Source: a virus. Taken from it: a DNA stretch of 64,000 bases. Made by a program: the position numbers and the translations under genes. The notes beneath the pieces were generated by a model. That model saw only the letters and a program-made list of their open reading frames with translations. It did no database searches and was not told the origin of the DNA. Where the stretch lies: the IMG/VR virus record IMGVR_UViG_3300042154_002686, positions 16,562 through 80,561 of that record; one strand, 5' to 3'. Of this stretch, positions 1-10,450 are shown one piece after another; positions within the stretch are counted from its first letter, which is position 1; every line of letters begins with the position of its first letter.

Positions 1-190
1 CGTAAACTATATCTTCTAAATAATCCCAAGTATCGTCATTGTCTGGAGGTTTTATACTGCCAACATAATCCTCGTTTGCTTGGAAGACCCGCTCAATGCC
101 GTCAGAGGACTTATAAGCAACCTTGCTATTAATGGTATACCTTCCAGCCTTTGCGTCCTTCTCAGACCAGTCTGGGTAGTTGTATTGCAT
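1..190 (-). CDS. Partial virion/tail protein running off the window; N-terminus resembles a carbohydrate-binding module
   Basis: ATG at 190, frame open to base 1 (MQYNYPDWSEKDAKAGRYTINSKVAYK...PPDNDDTW); same orientation as tail genes. Confidence 0.5.
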   Translation of the reverse strand, partial: MQYNYPDWSEKDAKAGRYTINSKVAYKSSDGIERVFQANEDYVGSIKPPDNDDTWDYLEDIVY

Positions 191-195
191 CTATG

Positions 196-813
196 TTAGT
201 TACTCCAAGACCAACTGTAAACATCAGTACCAACCTTCATCCTGTTGACGACAAGATTAACATCGGACAATTGAGTAACTTGTGCCCTTCTTTGACCTTC
301 ATTGTCCTTTATTAATGCGATTACAGCAAGAGGGTAAAAACTGGTGTCGCTTGTGTCGTTTGTTTGAAGTTCGGTTCTATATTCAATTTCAGACTCATTT
401 GGAAACACCTTGCCAGATTGATAGGTAACCTTAATTCCAACATATCCGAGGTCTGCTGTTATTGCAACCCGAGGCGGTCTTCCCTCTCCGAGTGTTTGGT
501 CTAAAAACTTGCTTTCAAGTTTTGGTATTGTTCTATTAACCATACCAACTGAAACATTAGCAAAAACAGTACCGTTATCCTCGTAAACAGTAACAACAAA
601 AAATCTTAATTTTCTTCCAAGGGCAGGACGCTGTAAGCCAATAGTCCACCCCCTGTTGGTGTTGTGTATTTCGTATCCAACGCCACGCCTTGGAGTGCCA
701 GCCTCTATGGCACGAAGTATCTTTTCAAGATACCCTGCGTTAAAGTTTTGGTCTGGTTTATAATCTGGGGTCTGACTGCTTGAGACAAACCCTCCCGAGT
801 CTCCGATTGGCAT
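196..813 (-). CDS. Putative tail protein
   Basis: 205-aa beta-rich ORF two genes downstream of tape measure. Confidence 0.55.
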   Translation of the reverse strand: MPIGDSGGFVSSSQTPDYKPDQNFNAGYLEKILRAIEAGTPRRGVGYEIHNTNRGWTIGLQRPALGRKLRFFVVTVYEDNGTVFANVSVGMVNRTIPKLESKFLDQTLGEGRPPRVAITADLGYVGIKVTYQSGKVFPNESEIEYRTELQTNDTSDTSFYPLAVIALIKDNEGQRRAQVTQLSDVNLVVNRMKVGTDVYSWSWSN

Positions 814-815
814 TT

Positions 816-1631
816 TTAGTTGCTTTCTTTATACATGTACTTGTTGTGGGGCTTTCCAAGGACAGAAAGTGTGAATTCCATTTCAACCTTGAAAATCTTT
901 GCATATTCAGTGACATTGCAAGAAACAAGCAACCAAGAAAGGTTATATTTAGCCACATTTAACACTGCCGCCCACTTAGGGCAATATGGGGGTACTTTGA
1001 ACTGCGTACCAAGTCCGCTATACTGATATCTCAAAAACTTATCTGCGTTGTTTGTGTAAAAATTAACCGAGCAACTTCCTGCTGGTGCAACAAACTGTTC
1101 AACCGCAGGAACCTCTGGATGATTTGGTCCAAAACTCACAAAATAACCCTGCTCATCTAATCTAATCTTCATTCTGTCCCCTGCGGCTTGACCAACCCAC
1201 CTGTCAAACTCTGGGTGGAATCTGACGCTCTGCTCTCCAACGCTTCCGCTAAGATTCCATTCTGGGTCAGTCATGCTTTGGCCGTTATCTATGCCGACAT
1301 ATTTAGCGGTGGTAGTGGCTATCCCGTTCTTCCCAAACACAGTAGAAACATCCCAACACCAAAGATTTGGGTTGTTTGGGTGCTGGTCCTGTCTTGCTAC
1401 AGGGGGCGTTCTAGCCTTCATGTCATTTGAGTGTCTCCACTTAAAAACGCCCACGCCTTCGATAAGGTTTCTTCCGTTGTTAGAATAAGAATAATCTGGT
1501 TGTTCAATTAGACCAAACCTTTCCGCATCTTGAAAGCCGTAAGTTATTGGATTGTTATAAATGCCATTGCTTATTGTATCCTTTAAGGTTTCTGGCGGGG
1601 TCTGTCTGTTTGATGGTTGTGGTGTTGGCAT
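816..1631 (-). CDS. Putative distal tail protein
   Basis: Directly after tape measure; likely start MPTPQ at 1631. Confidence 0.55.
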   Translation of the reverse strand: MPTPQPSNRQTPPETLKDTISNGIYNNPITYGFQDAERFGLIEQPDYSYSNNGRNLIEGVGVFKWRHSNDMKARTPPVARQDQHPNNPNLWCWDVSTVFGKNGIATTTAKYVGIDNGQSMTDPEWNLSGSVGEQSVRFHPEFDRWVGQAAGDRMKIRLDEQGYFVSFGPNHPEVPAVEQFVAPAGSCSVNFYTNNADKFLRYQYSGLGTQFKVPPYCPKWAAVLNVAKYNLSWLLVSCNVTEYAKIFKVEMEFTLSVLGKPHNKYMYKESN

Positions 1632-1636
1632 GTTAT

Positions 1637-3895
1637 TTATTGTATAGATTTTCCGACAAGTTTTGTCCCATCGCTTCCCATTCCCCAACCTTGAGAGCCC
1701 TTCATGTATTGAGGAACAACATCGAACGAGCCAGTACCCTTGACTTCTTCGTATATCTTCTTGAGATAGTCACGGCTTTCCTTGGCGACCTCAAGGGGGT
1801 TGTTTACCATGGCGATACCGCCACCCATGCCCTTCTTGGCGGCATCGGATGAGACATAGTTAAATTGCATAGCCATGAGGCTATCCATTTCCTTGGCTGA
1901 CTCGAACATCAAGTCTTGGATGGAGTTCTTGAGGGCAATGGCCGCAGGGCCAGTGCCACCCAAGTATTCCTTTTCACGCATTGGGTCTTTTGCAAGGTCT
2001 GCGAGTTTCGCCTGTTCTCTCTTGAGTTTATCAACAGAGTTTCTGAATACGACATTCTGCTGGTCAATCGCACTGACACCACGCATCTTCATTCCGAACA
2101 GGTCTCTGCCCTGCTGGGATTCAATTGCCTTATTGGTTCTGTTGATTGCCGCAAGTCGCTCTTCGTTTGCACCCTGTTTAATGAGGTTGTCGAGTTCCCT
2201 CTTCTTTGCCTGTAAGTTTATTTCAGCATCCCTTTGTGCGTTTATGAGTGCAAGTTTCTTTTGTCTGCTTTCAGCATCGCCCTTATCGATGAACTCCGCA
2301 AGGTCTTTCTGAGCATTTGTAAGTTCTTTTTCTGCAATCAAAACACCACTCTTCCATCTATCCCAAGCATCAATGCTTGCTGTAAATTCCCTTACGCCCT
2401 GTTCTCTTAACTTCTTTTGTTGTCCAAGGTCAATTTCTGTTTGTGCAAGAGTCTTTAAGGTTGGTTCTGGCTTCTTTTTGTCAGACTTTTCCTTAAACTT
2501 ATTATCTTCAAAGACTGCGTCTGGATAGTATTCTTTTATGTATAGCAATCTTTTCTTGTGTTCTTCGTCAATTCTCTGTATCTCTGCTTCCATGCTACGC
2601 TGTGTAGTCAAAGCCCTTTGCACTGCTTTGTCCGCTCTGAAAATGTCTCTTTCTTTGGCCCCCTCTGCTATCAATCTTTTCCTATTTTCAAATGCCTCTC
2701 CAACTTCTCTAGCGGCACTAGCCCTGTTTGCAATAATATTGGCTTTTATCTTCTGGTCTTCAGCCTCATCATCATTAGCCGTATCTAGCCTGTTTTTCTT
2801 CCAGCCAGCATTTATTGCAACTTGCTTTCCGTTTTCATACATGGTGTTAAGTCCACCACGAACCCCATCAGCCGCCTTAGCCATAGCCATGGCACTGTCA
2901 GCCATTGCCTTGTCTGTTTTTGTCTTGTATTCCTTGTCGGCATACGCTTCTTTCTCCTCAGTTTCTTTATCTAATGCCGCTTGGTCTCTTGTAAAGTCCT
3001 CAGAAGTGTAGCCACTTCCGGGGGTAATCGCTTTTACTGCGTTCTTTGCTGTGACTGCCATCCATGTTGCTGAATAACCGATTTGTCTAAACACTCTTTG
3101 TCCAATTGTTCCAATTCTTTCAAGAACAAAACCAAGTCCGTGAAACACGACAAGGACCGTTGAAACAATGAACTCAACAAGTCCAGCAAGAATACCCATG
3201 ATGGGCGTTAATGCATTGCCAAGCGTCTTTAATCTTTCTCCAATTCTGTCCCAAGACTTGGATATGTTTTCGTTGTTCTTTGTGGCCTCATCATTGTATG
3301 CATGAGACTCATCTTTCATCTTTTGAATTTCTTCAGCAGACTTCTTTACGATAACACTTACGGACTGCCATTCACCTTTGTATATGGCTTTTAAGGCAAT
3401 ATCTCTGTCTGTCTCGTTTGACATTGCTCTAATTGCATCAACGATTCTCCAGAATCCGTCTCCAGTTCTTGCAGATAAATCTATTAATTGACCTTGCTCT
3501 ATCCCGAGTTTTTTCATCATCCATGTTGCTTCACCCCCAGGATTTATAACGCCTTCCAAGAAAGAATCTCTTAATGTATTAAGTGCAGAAGAGAGTCCGT
3601 TTATGCCAAGGCCGCTCTGAAGTGCAACATATCTCAACTCTCCAAGTTGAGCAATTGGAATGTTGAATTTTGTTGAAGTTGTTACGATTTCACGAGATTC
3701 CTTAATCAACTCTTGTGCCGACTTAACTACAGCATCAATTCCCTTCTTTGCCAATGTGAAAAGGTTAAAGTTTTGAATAAATCCTTTCTTGAAATTATCA
3801 GTAACGGATTTAAATGCACCGCCAAGAGTTCCCAATGATGTTGCCGCACCATTGTCTCTTAAACTCAGAAATCCCGTCCATCCTCCCCTTGCCAT
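1637..3895 (-). CDS. Tape measure protein
   Basis: 752 aa, helical and Ala/Lys-rich, central hydrophobic stretch, position after tail tube and chaperone. Confidence 0.8.
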   Translation of the reverse strand: MARGGWTGFLSLRDNGAATSLGTLGGAFKSVTDNFKKGFIQNFNLFTLAKKGIDAVVKSAQELIKESREIVTTSTKFNIPIAQLGELRYVALQSGLGINGLSSALNTLRDSFLEGVINPGGEATWMMKKLGIEQGQLIDLSARTGDGFWRIVDAIRAMSNETDRDIALKAIYKGEWQSVSVIVKKSAEEIQKMKDESHAYNDEATKNNENISKSWDRIGERLKTLGNALTPIMGILAGLVEFIVSTVLVVFHGLGFVLERIGTIGQRVFRQIGYSATWMAVTAKNAVKAITPGSGYTSEDFTRDQAALDKETEEKEAYADKEYKTKTDKAMADSAMAMAKAADGVRGGLNTMYENGKQVAINAGWKKNRLDTANDDEAEDQKIKANIIANRASAAREVGEAFENRKRLIAEGAKERDIFRADKAVQRALTTQRSMEAEIQRIDEEHKKRLLYIKEYYPDAVFEDNKFKEKSDKKKPEPTLKTLAQTEIDLGQQKKLREQGVREFTASIDAWDRWKSGVLIAEKELTNAQKDLAEFIDKGDAESRQKKLALINAQRDAEINLQAKKRELDNLIKQGANEERLAAINRTNKAIESQQGRDLFGMKMRGVSAIDQQNVVFRNSVDKLKREQAKLADLAKDPMREKEYLGGTGPAAIALKNSIQDLMFESAKEMDSLMAMQFNYVSSDAAKKGMGGGIAMVNNPLEVAKESRDYLKKIYEEVKGTGSFDVVPQYMKGSQGWGMGSDGTKLVGKSIQ

Positions 3896-4512
3896 TATTT
3901 CATACCCCCCGATTCTCTTGCAATTCTTTCAATCTCTTCAATACGCTTCTTGTCTTCTTCCGTATTGTCCTCTTCCTCGGTTGTAATTATCTTAATGTCG
4001 GTTCCTTCTTGTGCGGAGTATGCAATTGAATACCATATTGCCCTGCAATATGGCATGTTCCATGCCTCCTCCTCTGAAAAGTTAAACTTTGTCATAAGGA
4101 GCACAACCAGTGAAAGGCTTGGGGGTATTCCCCCTCCAGTTGTTTTGCTTGTTTGGTTAATGTCACCGTCTTGCTTTACCCACACCTTGGGTATTGACAT
4201 TGACTCTGACATATAAAGTTTAAATCCTTCAAATGCTTCCTGTAAAGCATCTATGCTTATATAAAGATAGTTAAACTTTATCTTTTCATAAAAAGATGGC
4301 TCATCAACTGCTTCCTGCCAAGTTTTTGTTGAACAGATTCTTATGGCACAAACTAAGTCATCCAAGTGTGGGGCTTGTGTTCCTCCTCCAAGAAGTGGTG
4401 ACTTGATAGCCTCAAGCACAAGCATGTGGCGACAGCAAAATGCGTCAAGCCACACACCTGCAACTCGGTGTTTCTTTGGGGTAAGAAACGCTGTTAAGTA
4501 TCTATTGTCCAC
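3895..4512 (-). CDS. Putative tail assembly chaperone
   Basis: Between putative tail tube and tape measure; EEEAWNMP motif. Confidence 0.55.
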   Translation of the reverse strand: MDNRYLTAFLTPKKHRVAGVWLDAFCCRHMLVLEAIKSPLLGGGTQAPHLDDLVCAIRICSTKTWQEAVDEPSFYEKIKFNYLYISIDALQEAFEGFKLYMSESMSIPKVWVKQDGDINQTSKTTGGGIPPSLSLVVLLMTKFNFSEEEAWNMPYCRAIWYSIAYSAQEGTDIKIITTEEEDNTEEDKKRIEEIERIARESGGMK

Positions 4513-4535
4513 GGCATTTTTTAGCCGTTATTCAA

Positions 4536-4970
4536 TTAAGAATTCGGGGCAATTGCCGCAATACCCTCGTATGCTGTGGCTTTTATGTCTAACTTAACAA
4601 AATCCTTTGAGCCAGCGGACATTGAAATGTCCGTGATGACGGCCTTGTCTCCGTTGCAAACAAGAATGTCTCCAACCTTATTGGAGAAGTTTGGAGAAGT
4701 GCTACTGGGAGCCTTGATTCTTCCGCTAAGTGAAATGTCGGCACGGGCATCCGACATACGAACGCCAACAACAATTCCGTTTTGGTCAACAATTTCTTCA
4801 GTTGAGGCAAACTTAATACTTCTTGAGTAAGAATCAACAAGGATTCCTGTAACATTCAAGAGAGTGTCCTTTAAGTCTTCAATGCCATACTTGAGGATTG
4901 TTCCGTGCGTAACAACGCTCGGGTTAATCGCATCAATGCGTGGAGGGTTTGTTGTGAAATTGTCTGGCAT
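4536..4970 (-). CDS. Putative major tail tube protein
   Basis: 144-aa beta-rich ORF in tail-tube position. Confidence 0.5.
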   Translation of the reverse strand: MPDNFTTNPPRIDAINPSVVTHGTILKYGIEDLKDTLLNVTGILVDSYSRSIKFASTEEIVDQNGIVVGVRMSDARADISLSGRIKAPSSTSPNFSNKVGDILVCNGDKAVITDISMSAGSKDFVKLDIKATAYEGIAAIAPNS

Positions 4971-4979
4971 GGTCGTCTA

Positions 4980-5102
4980 TTACTTCTTGAATGAATCAAC
5001 GGCCTTGGTTACTGCGGCAACCTTGGACGAGTTGGCGTTCTTGATGCCAGCAACGAAGCCAGCAATACCTCCGACGATAAATGAAATAAGTGCGAGGACC
5101 AT
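4980..5102 (-). CDS. 40-aa single-TM membrane peptide (possibly holin-like)
   Basis: MVLALISFIVGGIAGFVAGIKNANSSKVAAVTKAVDSFKK, translated by hand; TTGACA late motif 14 nt upstream. Confidence 0.55.
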   Translation of the reverse strand: MVLALISFIVGGIAGFVAGIKNANSSKVAAVTKAVDSFKK

Positions 5103-5129
5103 ATGCGTTGGTTGGCTGTCAACTTTAAG

Positions 5130-5561
5130 TTAAGTGGTAAACGGGCTATAGTGACAGGTTACCCTGTATGATATAACCGTTCCCGTTTTTCTATCTGCTA
5201 TCTCTTCTGATGTATCTCTGTATGCAGTTCCGTAAAGATACAAATACTCAATTGTAGACTTTGTTCTTGTAATCTTTTCATTCATTTTTCTCAAGCACTT
5301 GTCTACAATGTCTCTGTGCTGGTTTACATTCACCTCGTCAAGATTAGTTAATATAACCAAGTCCAAATCTACATCAAAGTTGACCATATTGTCTGGATGG
5401 TCTATTGCTAGTGCCACATTGTTGGCACTTAGTATAACGCAGGGAAGGATTCTCTCCTCATGTCTCGATGCCTCAAACAGGTTTACGGCAATCGGCCAGC
5501 CAGTAAACTCTTCTGCAAGTCTTGTCTTGAAGTTCCATTCTACCGCTCTTTTAACGCTCAT
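5130..5561 (-). CDS. Putative tail terminator/completion protein
   Basis: 143 aa, position before tail tube, LPCVIL motif. Confidence 0.5.
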   Translation of the reverse strand: MSVKRAVEWNFKTRLAEEFTGWPIAVNLFEASRHEERILPCVILSANNVALAIDHPDNMVNFDVDLDLVILTNLDEVNVNQHRDIVDKCLRKMNEKITRTKSTIEYLYLYGTAYRDTSEEIADRKTGTVISYRVTCHYSPFTT

Positions 5562-5576
5562 ATCGTTGTAATTATG

Positions 5577-6407
5577 TCAATTTGGGGTATATCCAGTGTT
5601 TTTCATTGTCTGGTCCCAGAGCAAAGGAAACTCGGTGTCCAAAAATGCATACCTTAAATTAAGAGCCGCCTTTACTGCCTGTGAGTTCATGTGCCCACCA
5701 ATGTTGGCATATTCGTTATAATATGTATATGTTATCTCGCCTTCATTTTCAGTAATATACGCTGTTCCGACTCCGCTGTTTTGCAACCAGATATCACTCC
5801 ATATCTTAGCAGTTCCAGCCCTTGGCTTGTTTCCAAGTATCTTTGCGGCCTTAAGCCAGCCACCAGCCATCAGTCCAACTCTTGAGAATATTGACTTATT
5901 CTTTTTTACTGTATTTATTGAATTCCACTTTCTAATATAGATTGGCTTCTTTCCTCTGCCTTTGCGTGATTTCCACTTGTAGAGCAATTCAAGGTCAGCA
6001 GTGTCAGCAACCTCGACTGGAGCAAGGCCGTCTGGTTGAATATTGTGTGGCGACCCTCTGAATAAAGCCTCAAGCCTGACCCAGTCTTTTTGATTATATA
6101 ATTGATTTATGTGCGGACTGAATCCCTTGAATTTATACGCATCAGCAGATGCGTAGTCCTTGTCGAATAGCCAGTTAGCCAGTGTTCTTGCTCTAATTGA
6201 CTTAAATGCACTATTTACGGTTTTCGTTTGGTCTTTAATTGCCTTGTCATACGAACTGGCCGCATTGGGATATGAAGCCCCAATAAGGTCATGGCACATG
6301 CTAACAGAGTGCTCCCTTAAGAAAATATGACCAAGTCTTCTAAACTCCCTTATGGTTTCAACAGGGACTGGGTAGAAAGCCTCTACTCTGACCGTTGATT
6401 GTGCCAT
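5577..6407 (-). CDS. Putative neck/tail-completion protein
   Basis: Position between head closure and tail terminator genes. Confidence 0.4.
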   Translation of the reverse strand: MAQSTVRVEAFYPVPVETIREFRRLGHIFLREHSVSMCHDLIGASYPNAASSYDKAIKDQTKTVNSAFKSIRARTLANWLFDKDYASADAYKFKGFSPHINQLYNQKDWVRLEALFRGSPHNIQPDGLAPVEVADTADLELLYKWKSRKGRGKKPIYIRKWNSINTVKKNKSIFSRVGLMAGGWLKAAKILGNKPRAGTAKIWSDIWLQNSGVGTAYITENEGEITYTYYNEYANIGGHMNSQAVKAALNLRYAFLDTEFPLLWDQTMKNTGYTPN

Positions 6408-6727
6408 TACTGGTTAGAGGCGATGACATACACATCAATCCAAGGGCTTGGAGGGCGTATGGTGGTCTGTTTGATTGTATACTTGGCTCCGTATATGGTC
6501 ATAACCTCCCCGTTGACTGGAGGCGTTACAGCGTATGTAGAGCCAGCCACCGCCAGCAGTCTAACCCTGTATCCAGATGTGTAGACGAAACCGCCATCCT
6601 CAAGGTTCTGCTCAATGGGGTTTCTATCCACCAGTGCAACTACATTTATGCCTCTGAATGTGATTGACCTTCCAAATTCACTTAAGAACTGGCTACCGTC
6701 TGCTGATATCTCATCCCATAAGGACAT
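6407..6727 (-). CDS. Head-tail joining/closure protein
   Basis: 106-aa beta-rich protein (EFGRSITFRG...P.NGE.M.I.G..Y.I); likely start MSLWD. Confidence 0.6.
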   Translation of the reverse strand: MSLWDEISADGSQFLSEFGRSITFRGINVVALVDRNPIEQNLEDGGFVYTSGYRVRLLAVAGSTYAVTPPVNGEVMTIYGAKYTIKQTTIRPPSPWIDVYVIASNQ

Positions 6728-6776
6728 AAAAAAGGGTGGCGTTTCCGCCACCCCTTGTTTAGTGTCTACCTGCTAA

Positions 6777-8780
6777 TTAGATGCTCCTGTTATACCAGAC
6801 AACACCGCCCATACCATCGTGCTTTCCGTATATTTCCTTCGATTCCCATCTTCGGAGACTCGTAGTATCTGTTGTTCTTTCTCTGTACACGCTGAAGAAT
6901 CCTCCTGCGTTGTTCGGGATTGGCTTACCGTCATACGACCAATATGCAATGGTTCCAGACTTGAACGAAACCTTATTGGGAGGAGAAGAGTAACATGTGG
7001 AAGCATTATTGTCTTCATCGTCATCCTCTGGGCATGGGTCAGTTGCGTTTACCTTTGGCCCATTAGAAATCTTTCTGTTTTTCCATCTTTGTCCCGTGGT
7101 TATCCCCTTTGTCGTAGCGGCAGTCACGGAGGCTCCAATTTTCCATCCTGCGGCAACGCCATCAAGAGGGATTTGAACATGTCTATATCCGCTTCCGTTA
7201 ATGCCATTCCCGTCAGAAGATGTGCAAACTGAGCCAACAAATCTTCCTGCATTAGTCGTGCGGTATTCTCCCTTTGGGGGATTATTGCACTCAGTTTCTG
7301 GGAATTCTGGCTCTTCGTAGTTCGTGTCGCCAGACCTTGAGCCATCCCACTCAGACTCTTGACCCTCTGGGTCTTCTCCAGTTGAGCCAGAGTTTGTAGA
7401 CTCTACTCTGATTGTAAATCCACCAGTTGAGTTAGCAGTCATAATCAGCAAGGCATCTTCGCTTCCTTCTAAATACTTAGAACCCATGAAATCTCCGTCT
7501 TGATACTTGAATTCAGTTCTTGGGGGAGTGAATGCAGTACCGCAATATCCATCATGGATTTCGTCTTGAACGGTCACTGTAGCGGCATACATGTACTCCC
7601 CCCACTGTGGGTCTGTTCCAATTGTCATTTGGTCGTCCGTTTCTACCGTGTTAATGATTATTCCAGCCTTCGTGCAACCAGTTACTGGGTCAATATCTGG
7701 GTCTTCTGGTTCTGGGTTTTGGTCCTTTGCCTCTCTGTAAATGTCTCCTTGGAGGTCTGGTCCAGCAGTTTTGTACCAATATTGTTCATCCTCGTACACA
7801 ACGGTTCCAAGTGGAAGATACTCATTTCTTGTTCTTTCCTCTTCCGAGCATTCACCGTCTGCAACTATTTCAACATATTCATCTCCAACCGTAACCTCCA
7901 TGCTTGCTAAGTGACTTCCGTAGCCACTAAGAGCCTTCTTGATTGGACTCGTGGATACTTGACTATAAAAATAGCCATCTGGGTCGCAGTTTGTGTTGGG
8001 ATTGAAAGGTCTGCTTGTATACCAGCCTTCACCGTCTGAAAGATATTCCGTTTCGCCCTTAACTAAAATAGAAACTCCTGCATTAACCCAAAGGGTGAAT
8101 TCGGTTTGAGTTGGTGGATTAAACTGCGTACCGTCATAAGTCTTTCTGACAGTCTTAAGGCCAAGCGTAACAGTGTCTCCTTCAATTACAGTTGTAATTG
8201 GCTCTGGAGGCATGTCCTCGTACTCGTCCTTGTCGGGCCACAGTTTTGTAATAACTGGAGTTTGGAACAATCCAGCACCATCGTGCTTGATGATGATTCT
8301 TTTGTTTGAAAAAGTTATGTCAGCCGCAACAGTGTTTATCTGATTGTATTCCCATCCAATAAACTTTCTAACCTTATTGAATGAAGTGTCGTAAACTTCA
8401 TACAACTTTTCTCCAATTACAAAATATCCAGTTTGAACAGTTTCAATTACTTTAAATGCTGACTCAACCGTAAACTGCGTTGCCTTTAGAACTTCTTCCT
8501 TGACGGTCGTTGGCGTTCCTGTTGCCCCAGCGATAGTTGGGGTTTGAACTGGCTGTGCGATTAATTGCTTTTCGACATTTTGGACAAGCGGCTGTTCGTT
8601 GTTACCAGCAAACTTTGTTGGGATTGGACGCTCAAAGTAGTACGCACGAAAGCCATCTTCAAGTGCTTTCTTGTAGTACTTTTCGGCAAGGGCTTTTTCA
8701 TAAAAAGCCTTTGTCATATTAACAGTTTGTCCGCCTTCCGTGACGGTAATGATTACGATAGAATAGTCTGGATAAGGCAC
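6777..8780 (-). CDS. Large virion protein with shared N-terminal domain and acidic Cys/Gly repeats
   Basis: GTG start at 8780 (MPYPDYSIVII) parallels MAYPFYSIVIV of 9148-9354; ADGECS/HDGYCG repeats resemble 24094-25917. Confidence 0.65.
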   Translation of the reverse strand: MPYPDYSIVIITVTEGGQTVNMTKAFYEKALAEKYYKKALEDGFRAYYFERPIPTKFAGNNEQPLVQNVEKQLIAQPVQTPTIAGATGTPTTVKEEVLKATQFTVESAFKVIETVQTGYFVIGEKLYEVYDTSFNKVRKFIGWEYNQINTVAADITFSNKRIIIKHDGAGLFQTPVITKLWPDKDEYEDMPPEPITTVIEGDTVTLGLKTVRKTYDGTQFNPPTQTEFTLWVNAGVSILVKGETEYLSDGEGWYTSRPFNPNTNCDPDGYFYSQVSTSPIKKALSGYGSHLASMEVTVGDEYVEIVADGECSEEERTRNEYLPLGTVVYEDEQYWYKTAGPDLQGDIYREAKDQNPEPEDPDIDPVTGCTKAGIIINTVETDDQMTIGTDPQWGEYMYAATVTVQDEIHDGYCGTAFTPPRTEFKYQDGDFMGSKYLEGSEDALLIMTANSTGGFTIRVESTNSGSTGEDPEGQESEWDGSRSGDTNYEEPEFPETECNNPPKGEYRTTNAGRFVGSVCTSSDGNGINGSGYRHVQIPLDGVAAGWKIGASVTAATTKGITTGQRWKNRKISNGPKVNATDPCPEDDDEDNNASTCYSSPPNKVSFKSGTIAYWSYDGKPIPNNAGGFFSVYRERTTDTTSLRRWESKEIYGKHDGMGGVVWYNRSI

Positions 8781-8800
8781 ACTATGGCCCTCTGTCAACT

Positions 8801-9109
8801 TTATTCTAAATCCGCAATACCTTCAGAAACCCTTGAAGGCTTCTTTATGGCCTTAGCGGCCTTAACATCCTGCTCGTCAACCACGGGTGCATTACCGCCC
8901 CCTGTGGATTCTGTTAATTGCTTTCTTGACTCTTCAGACCTGCAACGCTTGTCCGCCCGTGGCGACATAAACAGGTAAGCCTCAATCCCGTCCGCTCTGG
9001 CCTTAACAAATGCATCGATTCCCCTTTGTGCGTTTAACTTGTCGTAAACCGTTGAGGACGGAGTTCCGTCCTTTTTGATGGTGATTAAGATGGAAAATTT
9101 TCTCTTCAT
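8801..9109 (-). CDS. Small capsid-associated protein (shared N-terminal domain family)
   Basis: FSILITIKKDG...DGIEAYLFMSP; near major capsid gene. Confidence 0.55.
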   Translation of the reverse strand: MKRKFSILITIKKDGTPSSTVYDKLNAQRGIDAFVKARADGIEAYLFMSPRADKRCRSEESRKQLTESTGGGNAPVVDEQDVKAAKAIKKPSRVSEGIADLE

Positions 9110-9147
9110 ATGTTTTATGATGTGGGTGATTTTGTGTATGTCAAGCG

Positions 9148-9354
9148 TTAAGTTGCTGGGTATGGCTGTGTACTATTCGTAGTGTGTTTTGTTGGATTTG
9201 GCTTTTCGTAAAGAAAAACACGCTTTCCAGCATTCAACCCAGACATGTATGCACGATTTGCTTCCAGAGTCGATTGGTAAATCTTAGTTTCAGCCGTAGT
9301 AACTCCATTTACTGTTGTCTCAACAATAACGATTGAATAAAAGGGATAAGCCAT
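9148..9354 (-). CDS. Small capsid-associated protein (shared N-terminal domain family)
   Basis: YSIVIV...AGKRVFLYEKPNPTK; directly after major capsid gene. Confidence 0.55.
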   Translation of the reverse strand: MAYPFYSIVIVETTVNGVTTAETKIYQSTLEANRAYMSGLNAGKRVFLYEKPNPTKHTTNSTQPYPAT

Positions 9355-9379
9355 TTAGCCTTGAAGATTGTCAACTAAA

Positions 9380-9412
9380 ACAAAAAACCCCCATTTCTGG
9401 GGGTCTTGTTTT
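9380..9412. terminator. Intrinsic terminator after major capsid gene
   Basis: ACCCCCA-TTTC-TGGGGGT hairpin with A- and T-rich flanks. Confidence 0.7.
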
Positions 9413-9428
9413 GCTAATCTTCTTAAGA

Positions 9429-10364
9429 TTAAGAAGCGATAATCTTGGCGAGCGTTCCGACAGAACCCTTCTGAACTCCGTACAGGATGCTCATTGAGAG
9501 TTTCTGCTTGCCCGAATCACCGTCATACCATTCACGGACTTGGACGGTGAGGCCAGACTTTTCGTCTGTGGCCGAGGCGACATTGCCGTACCAGTTGGTG
9601 GGCAGAGCGGGCTGGCGAGTAGCGATGATGATGGACTCTGATGTGCAAGCGATGCCCTTCATGTTGGCAACAGCACCAGAGGGGAAGGCCGCATACTGAT
9701 TGACTTCAAAGCCGTGGATGCGAGGCAGAAGATTTTCAGTAAGAGGAGCGTTAGTACCCGAAGCATACTGCTGTTGGATAGCAGGGTCAGTAGCCAGAGA
9801 GGAGTAGAGCGAAGGCTTGACGATAAGGATTCGTCCCTGTTGAGGAACATATCGGTTCGTGAAGGCTTCCGAGATGCGAGCAACGGCATCGGCATCGAAT
9901 GCAAGAGCATCGCCATCGTAGACATAACCACGGTTACCAACAGGACCAGCGGTCAGTTCTGGGTAGTTGGTTTCATTGACGAGGGCAAAGATATCGTCAA
10001 GGACGGCCTTGGAGACGGCCCAAGCGGCAGGACGGATGAAGGTTCTGCGGAGAACTTCATAACCACCGAGAGCGACTTCGCCATCAGAGAAGCCCATCAC
10101 GAAACCCTTATGCTTGTTCAGCGTGATTTGGCGGGCTTCGGATGTAACATCGCTAACAGCATAGCCGTCAGCACCAATGTCGGTAATCGACTCCACACGG
10201 GAGGCGATACGGGTCGTGACGGTTTCGCCACGGGTAGCGATTTCGCCACCAAAGTTCGTAGTGAACTTCGAGATTAAAGGGAATTCGGCAAGAAGCGTTG
10301 TAAGCGAGTCTTGGGCGATGAGATTGAGGTTAATACCCCCGATTGAGTTGTCTCCAAATGGCAT
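9429..10364 (-). CDS. Major capsid protein
   Basis: 311 aa; RGETV, ITLNKHK, IHGFEV and ILYGV motifs typical of P22-coat/HK97-fold capsids; strong codon bias; in head module. Confidence 0.85.
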   Translation of the reverse strand: MPFGDNSIGGINLNLIAQDSLTTLLAEFPLISKFTTNFGGEIATRGETVTTRIASRVESITDIGADGYAVSDVTSEARQITLNKHKGFVMGFSDGEVALGGYEVLRRTFIRPAAWAVSKAVLDDIFALVNETNYPELTAGPVGNRGYVYDGDALAFDADAVARISEAFTNRYVPQQGRILIVKPSLYSSLATDPAIQQQYASGTNAPLTENLLPRIHGFEVNQYAAFPSGAVANMKGIACTSESIIIATRQPALPTNWYGNVASATDEKSGLTVQVREWYDGDSGKQKLSMSILYGVQKGSVGTLAKIIAS

Positions 10365-10450
10365 AATTTATTGTTATATATTAAGGTTCCTTTTTGGAGG
10401 CTGTCAACCGTATCAAACAAAAGAGCCCCTTTCGGGGCTCTGTTTTTGGC

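Noticed and set aside
3895-4970. Programmed frameshift in tail chaperone
   Set aside because: A single ORF fills the space between tail tube and tape measure, with no overlapping second frame
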